Positions 52,501 through 64,000 of a stretch of DNA of 64,000 nucleotides are shown here, in pieces; the stretch's first letter is position 1, and each line of letters starts with the position of its first letter. The position numbers and the translations under genes were made by a program. Source of the stretch: the human T2T-CHM13v2.0 reference genome, Homo sapiens; NCBI RefSeq assembly GCF_009914755.1, contig NC_060933.1; one strand, written 5' to 3'. The notes below the pieces were generated by a model. That model saw only the letters and a list, made by a program, of their open reading frames with translations. It had not been told where the DNA came from and ran no database searches.

Positions 52501-53009
52501 TGTTGGCTAGGACCTAGAAGTTGGGAAGACATTTATGAGAGATTATCAAAAAGGGAGAAGCTGTTGGAATCCTTATACTGTTTCATAATCAGAATTGTTG
52601 TAAGGTGACCTAGTTCTTGATAATTATCTTTAGAAAAGCAAGGGTACAGGTTAACAGAGGGGGATTTATAGGATAAGAACAGAAGGGCAGGGCAAAATCT
52701 ATGTTCACAAATAGACCGACTCTCCTTGTCTTGTTGACATAGTAATCAAAAAGGGAGACCACTGAAAATTTTTGCGTATTCAAAATTATTGAAAATTTTG
52801 TCTTCCTTTTATTTTAGGGCTTGTTAAGAAAAAACATGACCCAAAATTTGGAAATAAGGCAAAAATATTACTGCCTACCTTTTCAAAGATACTGCACTAA
52901 AGAAAGCACTGTCCCACAGGACTGCCCAAGGGTTATCCAAGTCTGGGTAGCAAGGGGTCGTCTGATTCAGGCACTACCCTGAGCGGAAAACAATGGCCCA
53001 AGACCTCGA

Positions 53010-53145
53010 CCAAACCCAGCTCTCCACCTGTTTTTGTACAGCTTTGAACTGAGAATGCTTTTTTACAATCTTAAGTGGTTGAGAAAATATCAAAAGTAGA
53101 ATAATATTTTGTCACATGTAAGTTTACATGAAATTCAAACTTTAG
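53010..53145 (+). mobile_element. MER58 fragment
   Basis: CCACCTGTTTTTGTAC...GAGAATGCTTTTTTACA...AATAATATTTTGTCACATGT. Confidence 0.6.
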
Positions 53146-54023
53146 AAGAATTTCCTCTTCACAGACATCACATCTTCAAGAGCAAATGCTTGAGCCCTAA
53201 CCTGCAAGTTATAGTAGAAAAGTCCAGAAGTCCAGCCTGGTCCTCGCCAAGTTTCCAACTCCTATGCCTAGGGGTATTTTATGCTTACAGGATCTAACTT
53301 GGTTACAACGTCTAACTTTTAGCAGAGAGGCAGTGCTGAGTAGAAACTGGACTTGTTAACCATATCAAGTCACTTAAGTTGGCTAGGATCCCCTACTTAG
53401 GTAGCGGCCATAAAGCCTAGGGCATCCCTGTGCCCTCAATGGTTCACTTCTGAGTGGTGGGCTTCCTGCTCCTCAATAGAGCAATCGGCAGAAAGGCCCC
53501 TAGAAAGCTACATTGTCTTCATCCGCGAAGGATTCCCTGTCTCCTATTCCTCAAAGGAGCACCCGGATTCTACTTTCATTCTTCTTTTGCCATTGCATTT
53601 TATAACTTAAAAGAAATAGATGATTGTAACAGAAGAAAGAAAACTTTACATTGTGAGAAAATTTAGACCTAAAGCTTATAGTAATGTGAGGACGAAAGTC
53701 TATACTGTTTAAGTAAATAGGTTCTATGAGCAGCATCCAGGCTGACATCACACAGTGGTATTTTGAATTAAATTGTACTTGTGTTTTGTTTCCGTGTTTT
53801 GCTGCTGTAAGGAAAGAGGAAAGCATCCCCTTTCTCGGCCCTCCTCCCACGTCCAGGCTAATTTGCAGCATTTCTACATCTCAGAGTCCACCCTTAAGAT
53901 CCTTGCCACCCATTATTTTGTTTCAGAACGCTTAATCCATCAAGGAAGGTTAAATTGGATTACCCCAGTAGGGAAGGGACGGGGGCTGTTAGCATGAGGG
54001 ATTATCCCTGTAAAGGGCTCGTG

Positions 54024-54055
54024 GTGTGTGTGTGTGTGCGTGTGTGTGTGTGCGT
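54024..54055. repeat. (TG)n/CG alternating purine-pyrimidine tract
   Basis: 32 nt of uninterrupted alternation. Confidence 0.95.
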
Positions 54056-54862
54056 CCTGCTAGTGTTGAATGACGGAGACCTGAGTTTGGATTCTGAATC
54101 CAGGTGTATTCGATGCCGCTCCGGCGTAGAACGGGTTAAAGATGCCCCCAGCCAGGTAGAGCCAGACTGGGAGTTGTGCAAGGTCTCAACCCCCTAAAAG
54201 CGGCCCCTCAAATTGAAGATGAGTAAATCATAGTTCGTAAATCAGAAAGATTATCCAGTACTACGTTACTCTGTTTATTTCCCTTTCGTCATCCCTGAGT
54301 CTTGGGTCAAGTCCATCCCAGCTCTGTCCTCCAGGAATCAAGGGAAATACGCAAACCCGCGGTGGGTTCGCAGCCGCAGGAAGGACAAATCTTGCCCCCG
54401 CCGCGGCGGCCGCCCCGCGTTAGCTGCCTAAGAGAATCTCCGTGGCCGGCCAGTACCCGCCTTGGTGAGGATTCTCCCTCCCGCGAGAACTTCTGGAATG
54501 CCGCCGGGCCAGATTTTGCAGCTGAGGCCTCCGACGCCACTAATATTGGGCCAAGCAGGGAGTGCTGCTCTTCCTTATAAGGTTTTAGCGAAAGTTAAGT
54601 AAGCCAATTAAAGTGCAAAACACACAGTCTGGAACAATACAGCGCTCTATAAATGGTCTCCATTATTATCATTATCCGTTAGTTATAACTGGGGATGAAA
54701 AAAAAAAAAAAACGACAAAAACCTGGAGAACCGGAAAGGTCTGCAAAAGGGGCGGAACGCGGGAACTTCGATTTGGGGAAGGGGTGGCGGGGGAGATCCC
54801 ACACAAGCAGCCAATCCAGCTGTCCCGGGGAGGAAGAGGAGGAGTCAAGGCCCGCCCCTGGT

Positions 54863-54975
54863 CTCCGCACTGCTCACTCCCGCGCAGTGAGGTTGGCACA
54901 GCCACCGCTCTGTGGCTCGCTTGGTTCCCTTAGTCCCGAGCGCTCGCCCACTGCAGATTCCTTTCCCGTGCAGAC
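54863..54975 (+). other. MTAP: MTAP exon 1 5' UTR (TSS approximate)
   Basis: GC-rich leader between the GC box and a strong Kozak ATG (GCAGACATGG). Confidence 0.75.
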
Positions 54976-55008
54976 ATGGCCTCTGGCACCACCACCACCG
55001 CCGTGAAG
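54976..55008 (+). CDS. MTAP: S-methyl-5'-thioadenosine phosphorylase, coding part of exon 1 (MASGTTTTAVK)
   Basis: ATG GCC TCT GGC ACC ACC ACC ACC GCC GTG AAG is the human MTAP N-terminus; phase-0 donor AAG|GTGAGA at 55009; lies in a CpG island. Confidence 0.97.
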
Positions 55009-55211
55009 GTGAGATGAGCCCTCCCAGCCGCAGCGGTTCGCCCTGCCGGATGCCTTCTCGCCCCCGCGCCGGGGGACCGCGCCTCCGGGGGCCATGCGCC
55101 CGGCCCGTGCGTCCCTTGCCGCCGCGGGGAGGGACTGGGGCGCGGCACTCGGGACTCACTTGCCGCGCGAGGAGAGGGTACGCTTGCAAATGATCCCCCT
55201 GCCGCACCGCC

Positions 55212-55212
<1 letters not shown>

Positions 55213-55262
<50 letters not shown>
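55213..55262. repeat. (AC)25 microsatellite
   Basis: Perfect 50-nt dinucleotide run ~200 bp into intron 1. Confidence 0.97.
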
Positions 55263-55263
<1 letters not shown>

Positions 55264-57765
55264 ACCTTTTGGCTTATCTGCACCCGCACCCTGTAGGGCG
55301 TAGGCACCCCTTTAGAGAGAGAGGTCGTGGATGGGAGAGGCTGCACCCATGCCACCACCATTCCTGAGAACCACTCTTCTTCCAAGAAAGACACCCGGCT
55401 GGAGTCAGCAGGTGTCCGGGCGCCTGCAGCTTCTGTGACCGTCTCCTGGTGCCTTGCGGGACTCCAGCTTCCGCTCTCTGACTCTGCTTGTTGCCTGCGG
55501 CCCACGTGGGAGAACTGCTTACTTGCTCTTTTGTATGCTTCCGGCTTCTTTTTCCTCCAAACGTAGGCCTTCTCCGCGCTGAAGTTTTCCCCAGCAGCGT
55601 AATACTGTAAGAATTCTGAGACTTTCTTCGAAAAGGAGTACAGGCGTCCGTTTTTAGGGCTGCACTGTTTGGAGGCCTCTGGCTTGAAACTGCTTTGTTT
55701 TGCAGCCTTGCAAGTTAGAGTTCAATTTCCTTGTGCCCTAGGCCCTGAGAGGCCTTGATACAAGGGGTCATTGTGCGGTGGGAAGCTTTGTGCTGAGGAG
55801 GGCACGAGTTCTGAGAGTAGCAGCTGGCTTCCCTGGGGTTTTAAACACTTCTCTCCTGGTTAGTATTCCGAGAGAGAATTACAGCACGTAAAGAAAAATT
55901 GATGATAAAACTTAAGACCTCTTCTAGGCAGTTTATTACTGGCTAAGAATGCGTTCTTAACTTGTTTGATTTTTAGAAATTTTTGGCCTATGGGATAGGA
56001 AGGTCTGCGATCTTCTCCAAAGCATCTCGATTCCCTACACTCGACTGCAGTTTTCCCGGGAGAAGGCGAATTTCTGCGGTCAGTGTGTAATCAGCCAGAT
56101 TAGTTTATTAAGCCCTTGCAGGTTTAAATGAGCCACTTAGAATGAGAGGAATGGTGAAGGGTGTTGCATCCAGACTTATATATGAAACTTATTTTGTCAT
56201 TTTGAAAAGAATCTTGCATCCAGCAAATATTTATAGAAGGCCTCTCCCCTGCCTTCATTGTTTGGCGGAAACAAGGCAGAAATGGTTTTCATGAAACTCG
56301 TGTGAAGTATGTGACTTCTCTTAGGTGCTCATCTATAAACTGAGAATTTTACTGCAGAATTTGCTAGGAGGGCTAGAATTATATTGTCTATGTTGCACAT
56401 GGTAGAAGCTTATTAAGTGGTAGTGCTTATAAGTGGGGGAACTGAGATTAATTTTGAATGATCTTTTCCCCAAAAATTATTAAGTTATTGTGTTAGGTAT
56501 CATTAGGCCACAACTTTTCACCTTATCCTTGCAGGAATACACTTCAAGCGCCATTAAAAATGGAGAAATGGTGTTTAAAACAGTCTTACTTTAATCTGGT
56601 TAGCATTCTCCCTGCCACAGGGTTTCCCTTCAAATTAATGCAGTGCATTTAAGTGCAGAATGGGCAATGGGATTCTCAGAGACCTGATGTAAATATTGAA
56701 TAGTGTGTATTTTTGGTCTTGGCAAGCTTCTGGATATAAAATTAAGAGGTACATATGGTGCTAGGACTGCCTGCTGATTTCTCTTTTAATTTAGAACAGA
56801 TGACAGCTTTGCCGTAGAGATTCCATGATGCCAGCACCGTATTCCCCGGACTTCTAAGGCAACATTCTGTATAGAAGATGTGAGGTGCCAGTGTCCAGAG
56901 CAAAATAGGTTAATAAAAACCACGTCCTATTCCCAAATTATAGAATGATGGGGCTGGAGTGTTCCTTCAAGACCATCCATATAGCCACACAAACCCGTTT
57001 TGCGGGTGTAAAGTTGAGGCCCAGAAAGGTCAGCTAAGTATCCAGAATTACACAGCTGGACCTAGATAATGACAGAATTGGGCCTAGAGCCTGGCATTCC
57101 ACCAACTAGATGTGAGGCATTTCTGAAATCTGAAGTGTGGTCTCTGCCCTGTTTTCTTGTGACCTAATGCACAATTAAAATGAGCACTTGATAGAATGTC
57201 CATCTTGAAGAGGGAGGCAGAGGGTATGCAGAAAGCAGGCTGCCTCCAGTGCCCACTGCACACCACCCAGGTATAGGTATAGGAGGCACATGTGTGTCTG
57301 AACCCCATTGGTGTCACTGGCAGGTCCTTTGAGAGGTTGCTGGATTTAAATACAGTAACATGTAACACACTCAGCCCAGTTCCAGGTACTCCTTTAATGT
57401 CAGCCCAAGTACCTCTCTTCTTAAAATAGAGATATTAACAGGGGGTGGATCTTAAATTCATTCTCAATTTTAGAGGTGCAGTTAACTCATGCAAGTGAAA
57501 GATTCCACTGAGTTTTGGATTGGCAGTATATTTGGCATATCTTTCAAATCTAGCCATCTACTGGTGGAATCCTATTCAAAAATATTTATTGAATACCTGC
57601 TAGACAATGGGGATGCAGCTTTGAGTAAGCGAGGCCTTTATTTATTTTCTTCAAGTTTATATTCTAGTCAGGGTGGGAAACCAACTGACATGAAAGTGAA
57701 ACAGCAGTAAGATTCCATTGGGTGAGGGGTGTCAGAAAAGACTCCTAGGGAGGTGGATTTTAAGC

Positions 57766-58098
57766 TGTGCAGTAGTCTGCCTCCAAAATCTGTATGTTGA
57801 AACCTAATCGCCAATGTGATGGTATTAGAAGATGGGGCCTTTGGGCGTGATTGGGGTCATAAAGGTGGAGCCCTCATGAATGGAAGCAGTGCCCTTACAA
57901 AAGAGGCCCCAGAGAGCTGCCTTATTCCCTCTACTAAGTGAGAGGACACCATCTATGAGCCAAAACGTGGGCCTTCCTCAGACACTGAATCTGCTGTGAC
58001 CTTGAACTTGCTAAGCCTCCAGACTATGAGAAATTTCTGCTGTTTATAAGCCACCCAGTCCTAAGATATTTTGTTATAGCAGCCTGAATGGACTTAAG
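57766..58098 (+). mobile_element. MLT1A0-like LTR inserted in L2
   Basis: TATGTTGAAACCTAATCGCCAATGTGATGGTATTAG...TTTGTTATAGCAGCCTGAATGGAC; L2 sequence on both sides. Confidence 0.82.
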
Positions 58099-59113
58099 CT
58101 GATAGTGAAAATAGGGATAAAGGGTAAAGATCCAAGTGAAGACCTGAGGAGAGAGATGGGGGTAGGAGAGCGAAAACCAAGATGTCGCAGAAGTGAGCTC
58201 AGTGTGGTAGGAATGGAAATCACGGATGCACAGTGAGAATTGGGTGGATGCAGCTCATAAGGCCATCCTTGTAGACCGCGATCAAGAATTTTGATTTTAA
58301 ATGTTTTGGAAACTGTTGAAGGGTTAAGAGTGGGAGGCAGCATTTGATTTACATTTTAAAATGATTACTCTGGCTGTTGTATACAGAATAGCCTGTGGGC
58401 AGGGGAAGAGCTAAGAGATCAGGCCAGAAGTCTTGGTGCTGGGGCTGAAGTCTAGGGTGGGAGCCATGGAGGTGGTGAGGAATAATCAGATTGGGGATAG
58501 AATTTGCAGGTAGAACACAGAGATGGATAAGATGTGGGGAGTGCAGGAAGAAGAACAGGATGATTTCTGCTTTTGACCTGGAAAACCAAAAAGATGATGA
58601 TACTGGTGGATCATTTCAAAGTGGGCGATAAGGGGCCACGAGTGACTCCTTGGAGCCAAGGAGGGTGAGTGTAGGATTCCTTCCTCCCAGATACTGCTGG
58701 TTAGGGGGCCAGAGGCTGGGATGCTGAGGGGCCTCTTTGCTGTAGGAGCAGAGTGGGTGGCAGGTTGAGGGAGGGAGGAAGCCACCTGGAGTGAGAATAA
58801 TTCAAGCAATCTTTTTTGTGGTTCACTGCAGTGAGAGATGGTCCAGGCAGGGAGTGAGGATATTACCTGGGGGGTAGCCATGGAGAGAGGCAGCAGGAGC
58901 CAGAGGCTATGGGATTAACACTGCCATTGTCTGAGAGGACCTCAGGGAGACATTGTCCTCCAGCATCAGCCAAGGGCAGGTGGTATTCCTGACAGAGGGC
59001 CAAACCAGTCTTTGGCACCCAGATACAGGGCATTCTGGAGGGCTCCTGCAGTGTACCATGGCTCCCCTGGGCAGCCTCCCAGCTTTCATTCTGGGAGATT
59101 AAAAATAAGACTT

Positions 59114-59428
<315 letters not shown>

Positions 59429-59699
59429 TCATGGTTGCTGTGACAAGGAGGGGATATGGTCCCATTGTAGGTTGGTAGTGAGCTATCAACATAATGATAT
59501 TAAGGGAGATGGACAAGTCATGGTTTGTAGACTGTGGAATATGGGCCTTTACACTCCCTGCTTTGCTGTCTTGAGTGTGGCCTGCAAGGGCCTTCAGCCT
59601 GAGAGTCCTTGTGTGGCTATCTGAAACTGAGGACAACCTGCAGGCCCCAGTTGAAAATCACATGACCAACAAGCCTTCATTTTTTTTGCCTAGGGACAC

Positions 59700-59885
59700 A
59701 AGGGCATTTTGGGCAGGACAATTATTTCTTTTGTAGGACTGTCCCAAGCATTGCAGGACATGGAGTACAACCCTTAACCTCCTCCACAGAAATGCCAGTA
59801 GCACTCCCCCTAGTCATGACAGCCAGAAATAGCCCTGTTTCCAGATACCCCCAGGAGAGCTGTTTGACATTTAGTTGAGGACCCC
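59700..59885. mobile_element. MER20-like hAT element
   Basis: CATTTTGGGCAGGACAATTATTT...CATTGCAGGA...ATGCCAGTAGCACTCCCC. Confidence 0.65.
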
Positions 59886-60234
59886 AAGGCTAAATCCCAA
59901 AAAAGACTACCTGCTGAAGAGAGGTAGGAGCAGCCAGGTTTTGTACTGCTCAGCAGAGTAAAAGGAGGAAATAAGGGCTTTTTTTGTTGCTTTGAGGAAG
60001 TTTATTTTGATTTTTTATTTTTGCCAGGAGTGGTAGGGTATACAGAAACAGAGACTGATGGTAATACATTATTTCATTTTATTCTCTTGATAATTTTATG
60101 GATTAGTAAAAATCTTACCCTATAGGTACAGCTGAGGAAGCAGTTAAGGAAAATGTTTGTATGCAGTGGATTCTGGATCCTCACCTGTGGTTGTAGTCAT
60201 GGCATTCCAGCCTGTGCCTCAAAAGCATCTAAAG

Positions 60235-60410
60235 CAGTGGTTCTCAAAGCGTGTCATGCATTCATATCACCTGGTCATTTGCTAGAAATGCAAGTTCATA
60301 GGCCCCACCCCAGTCCCAGTGAATCAGAAACTCTGGGGCTGGGGCCCAGCAATCTAGGTTTTGACAAGCCTTAGAATATTCAGATGTCCACCGAAGTTTG
60401 ACAGCCACTG
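60235..60410. mobile_element. MER5A hAT element
   Basis: CAGTGGTTCTCAAA...AGAAATGCAA...GAATCAGAAACTCTGGGG...CCACTG. Confidence 0.85.
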
Positions 60411-60467
60411 ACCTAGAGAGCTTTGGAAAGGGTGGCCATCTACATTTTTAACAAGTTCTTCCCTTAG

Positions 60468-61555
60468 TGTTATAGTTTCCTGTTGCTGCTATAACAATTT
60501 TCACAAATGGAGTGGCTTAAGACAACACACATGAGGCCGGGCATGGTGGCTCATGCCTGTAATCATAGCACTTTGGGAGGCTGAGGTGGATAGACTGCTT
60601 GAGCTCAGGCGTTCAAGACCAGCCTGGGCAGCATGGTGAAACCTCATCTCTGCAAAAAAAAAAACAAAAAAATTAGCCAGGCGTGGCGGTGCACGCTTGT
60701 AGTTCAGCTCCTTGGGGGCTGAGGTAGGAGGGTCACTTGAACCCAGGAGGTTGAGGCTGCAGTGAGCTGAGATTTCACCACTGCACTCCAGCAGCCTGGG
60801 TGACAAAGTGAGACTCTGTTTCCAAAAAAAAAAAAAAACACACACACACACACAAACGTATTCTCTTACAGTTCTGGAGTCCACAAATCCAAAATGAGTC
60901 TTACAGGGCTAAAATTAACATGTGTATCGGGCTGGTTCCTCTTAGAAAAACCATTTCCTTGCCTTTTTCAGTCTTCTGAACCGGTAGAACCATGAGCTAA
61001 ATAAGCCTCTTTTCTTTATAAATTACCCTATCTCAGGTATTCTGTTATAGCAGCAGAAAACAGACTAAGAAAAATGTTGTGCTTGTAAGAGATTGGGACA
61101 CGGACACATACAGAGGGAAGACCATGTGAAGACACATGGAGAATGCTGCCATCTACAAGCCAAGGAGACTGACCTTAGAAGAAATCAATCCCAATCTCAC
61201 CTTAATGTTGGACTTCTAGCCTCCAGAACTGTGAGAAGATAAGTTTCTCTTGCTTATGGGGAAAACCTATTTCCTTGCCTTTTTCAGCTTCTGGAGGCAC
61301 CAGCACTACTTGGCCCATGGCCCCACATCATGTCCCCTTTTCTCTCCCTCTGCTTCTATCATTATATCACTTTCTTCCTCATTTGACCTTCTTGCCTCCT
61401 TGTGATTTCATTTAGGTCCCACCCAGGTAATCTAGGATAATCTCCCCATCTCAAGATCCTGGATTTAATCATATTTGAGGTAACATTCCCAGGTTCTGGG
61501 AATTAGGATGTAGCTAGGATCTCTTGGGACAGGGGCATTGTTCAGCTTGCCACAC
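60468..61555 (-). mobile_element. MLT1C-like LTR carrying an Alu and an inverted foreign segment
   Basis: TTTCCTGTTGCTGCTATAACAA...AGTGGCTTAA...TTCCTTGCCTTTTTCAGCTTCTG...GGATAATCTCCCCATCTCAAGATCC...GGTAACATTC. Confidence 0.75.
60535..60853 (+). mobile_element. AluJ-like
   Basis: Alu dimer with A tail grading into (CA)n. Confidence 0.92.
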
Positions 61556-61587
61556 TCAGCCCACGTTTTAAAAATTTATGGTCTAGG

Positions 61588-61898
<311 letters not shown>

Positions 61899-62304
61899 CT
61901 AGGCCCTAGAGCAGGTTGCTTAGTTCTGAGGGCACTTTAGAACCACCTGCGGAGCTTTAAAAACAAACTACGCCTTGCCCAACTAATCAGAATCCCTGAG
62001 GCCTGGGCTTTGGTATTGAAAGCTAGAGAAGGGGAATGTCCTAGTATCCAGCAGCTGGTTCAGGAGGGTGGGTGGCTCCCACTGTTGCTCCACAGGCAAA
62101 GGAGAGCTCTAACAAAGTATGCATTAGGGAGAGTCCTCCTCTAAAAATATCTGGCCATTTCAGCAGGTGAAGTGTGTCTTTAAGAGGGTGTCTGCCCTTT
62201 AGACTGATATCTGTACTTCTCAAGGGGCATTTGCTCAAATAAAAACCATGGATGTTTTGAGCGCTTGCATCATCCAAGCTTCTCTGACTAAAATATAGAG
62301 TCAC

Positions 62305-63035
62305 TGTATTAGTTCGCTAGGCCTGCTATAACAAAGCACTACAGAATGGGTAGCTTATGCAACAGAAGCATTATCTCCTCACAGCGCTGGAGGTTAGAAG
62401 TCCAAGATCAAGGTGAGATCAAGGTGGATTTCTTGTAAGGTCAGTCTGCTTGGCTTGTACATGGCAATGTTCTCCATTTGTCTTCACAGGGTCTTCCCTC
62501 TGTATGTGGTTATATCCCAATCTCTTGTAAGGACAACAGTTTTCTTAGTCTGTTTTCTGTTGCTATAACAGAATACCTGAGACAGGGTAATTTATAAAGA
62601 GAAGAGGTTTATTTAAAAGAAATGAAAGGGAGACGAGGGAGATAGGAAAAGGAAACAAAAAAGAGACAAACTTTGCTTCATAACAACCCACTCTCACTGG
62701 AACTAATCCAACCCAATGAGAGCAAGAACACCCTCCCCTGGGACTGCATGAATCCCTTAATTGGGGTGGATTATTACCATGGCTCATGACTCAAACTCCT
62801 CTTAAAGGTACTACCTCCCAGCATCACTATATTTGGGGACCAAGCCTCAACATGAGTTTTGAAGATGACCACATTCAAACCATAACATGAGGTATACTGC
62901 ATTAGGGCCCATCCCAGTGACCTCATTTGATCTGAATTACCTCTTTAAAAACGGCAAATACAGTCACATTCTGAGGTACTGAGAGTTGGAACTTCAACCT
63001 ATGAACTTAGGGGAGATACAATTCCATCCATAACC
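62305..63035 (-). mobile_element. MLT1B-like LTR with nested MSTB-type LTR (62541-62887)
   Basis: TGTATTAGTT...GTCTTCCCTCTG...AAGGACAACAG | TTTCTTAGTCTGTTTTCTG...CATTCAAACCATAACA | ...ATTAGGGCCC...CAGTCACATTCTGAGGTACTG. Confidence 0.8.
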
Positions 63036-63680
63036 ATTACCTACAAGGGTGGCCTACAGAGGGGGTGTCTTGTCAGAGATGGAGACCCCAGCTATCCCTG
63101 TGGACCCTATTGCAGGTTTTTAACAGTCCTCACAGCCTGAGACAGTTGGTTGCTCCCTCTCATACAGCTAGGCTTCCAGGATTTTGCAAGGCCCTGACAG
63201 GCCTCAAAGCCATGTCAGCCTAATAATGAGGGCCTCCGTCTGCTGTGCTTGCCAAAATTGTTATGGCAACCAGAGCTAAAGGACTGCAGTGCTCAGATCG
63301 GGCTGTGCCAGCTCCAGCTCTGGCTCGCTTACCTTATCGTGAGCTTGAGGCACTCAGAGGCAGCCCATCTCCCTGGCATGAGCTGGTCTCAACCGCTTGG
63401 GGTGATGGTATTTTGAAAATGCCATTATAGAGTGCTGGGTTCCTTACGGCAGTGTGCCCAGGCCTCAAAGTGATGGTGAATGGTTTCTGGGACAAAGAAG
63501 GGTTGGTAAAATCTCCTGTAGCCAGGTACTAGAAGAAATAGACAGAGTAGGGGTTACTATGCACCCTTTCCACATTGCTAGAAGTAACTGTTCTGACCAG
63601 GTGAACTGGTATTTGGATAAATGCTTTCACAGTCTCAGAGAAGTCAGACCCTTGGATTGATTTGCTCTTGAACAAAAAAA

Positions 63681-64000
<320 letters not shown>

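Larger units (their letters stand above)
54340..55640. promoter_or_regulatory. MTAP: CpG island / MTAP promoter
   Basis: Abrupt CpG enrichment; CCAAT at 54604 and 54811, reverse CCAAT at 54545; GC box CCCGCCCC at 54851; no TATA near the TSS. Confidence 0.9.

Noticed and set aside
54302-55566. Many overlapping 70-190 aa ORFs on both strands
   Set aside because: Stop-codon scarcity in a GC-rich CpG island plus the (CA)n repeat explains them; the real coding segment is the 33-nt MTAP exon.

Overview
This is human (primate) genomic DNA at the 5' end of MTAP (methylthioadenosine phosphorylase, 9p21.3). About 54 kb of repeat-rich upstream sequence (Alu, L1, L2, MIR, MaLR/ERV LTRs, hAT DNA transposons) is followed by the MTAP CpG-island promoter and coding exon 1 (ATG at 54976, MASGTTTTAVK, GT donor at 55009). 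The rest is the first ~9 kb of intron 1, ending in the 3' end of an antisense processed beta-tubulin pseudogene. No other ORF in the track is a credible gene, and I see no new multi-gene system. The most interesting unexplained structures are: (i) a ~260-bp inverted copy of a chimeric MLT1/MST LTR junction in intron 1, flanked by ~33-bp direct repeats; (ii) three co-oriented CTCF-like motifs ~13 kb upstream of the TSS, two of them made by a 26-bp tandem duplication; (iii) several local template-switch scars; (iv) candidate regulatory elements (CArG+ETS pair, GGAA microsatellite, Z-DNA tracts bracketing the promoter). Repeat subfamily names come from recalled consensus sequences, not from a RepeatMasker run.
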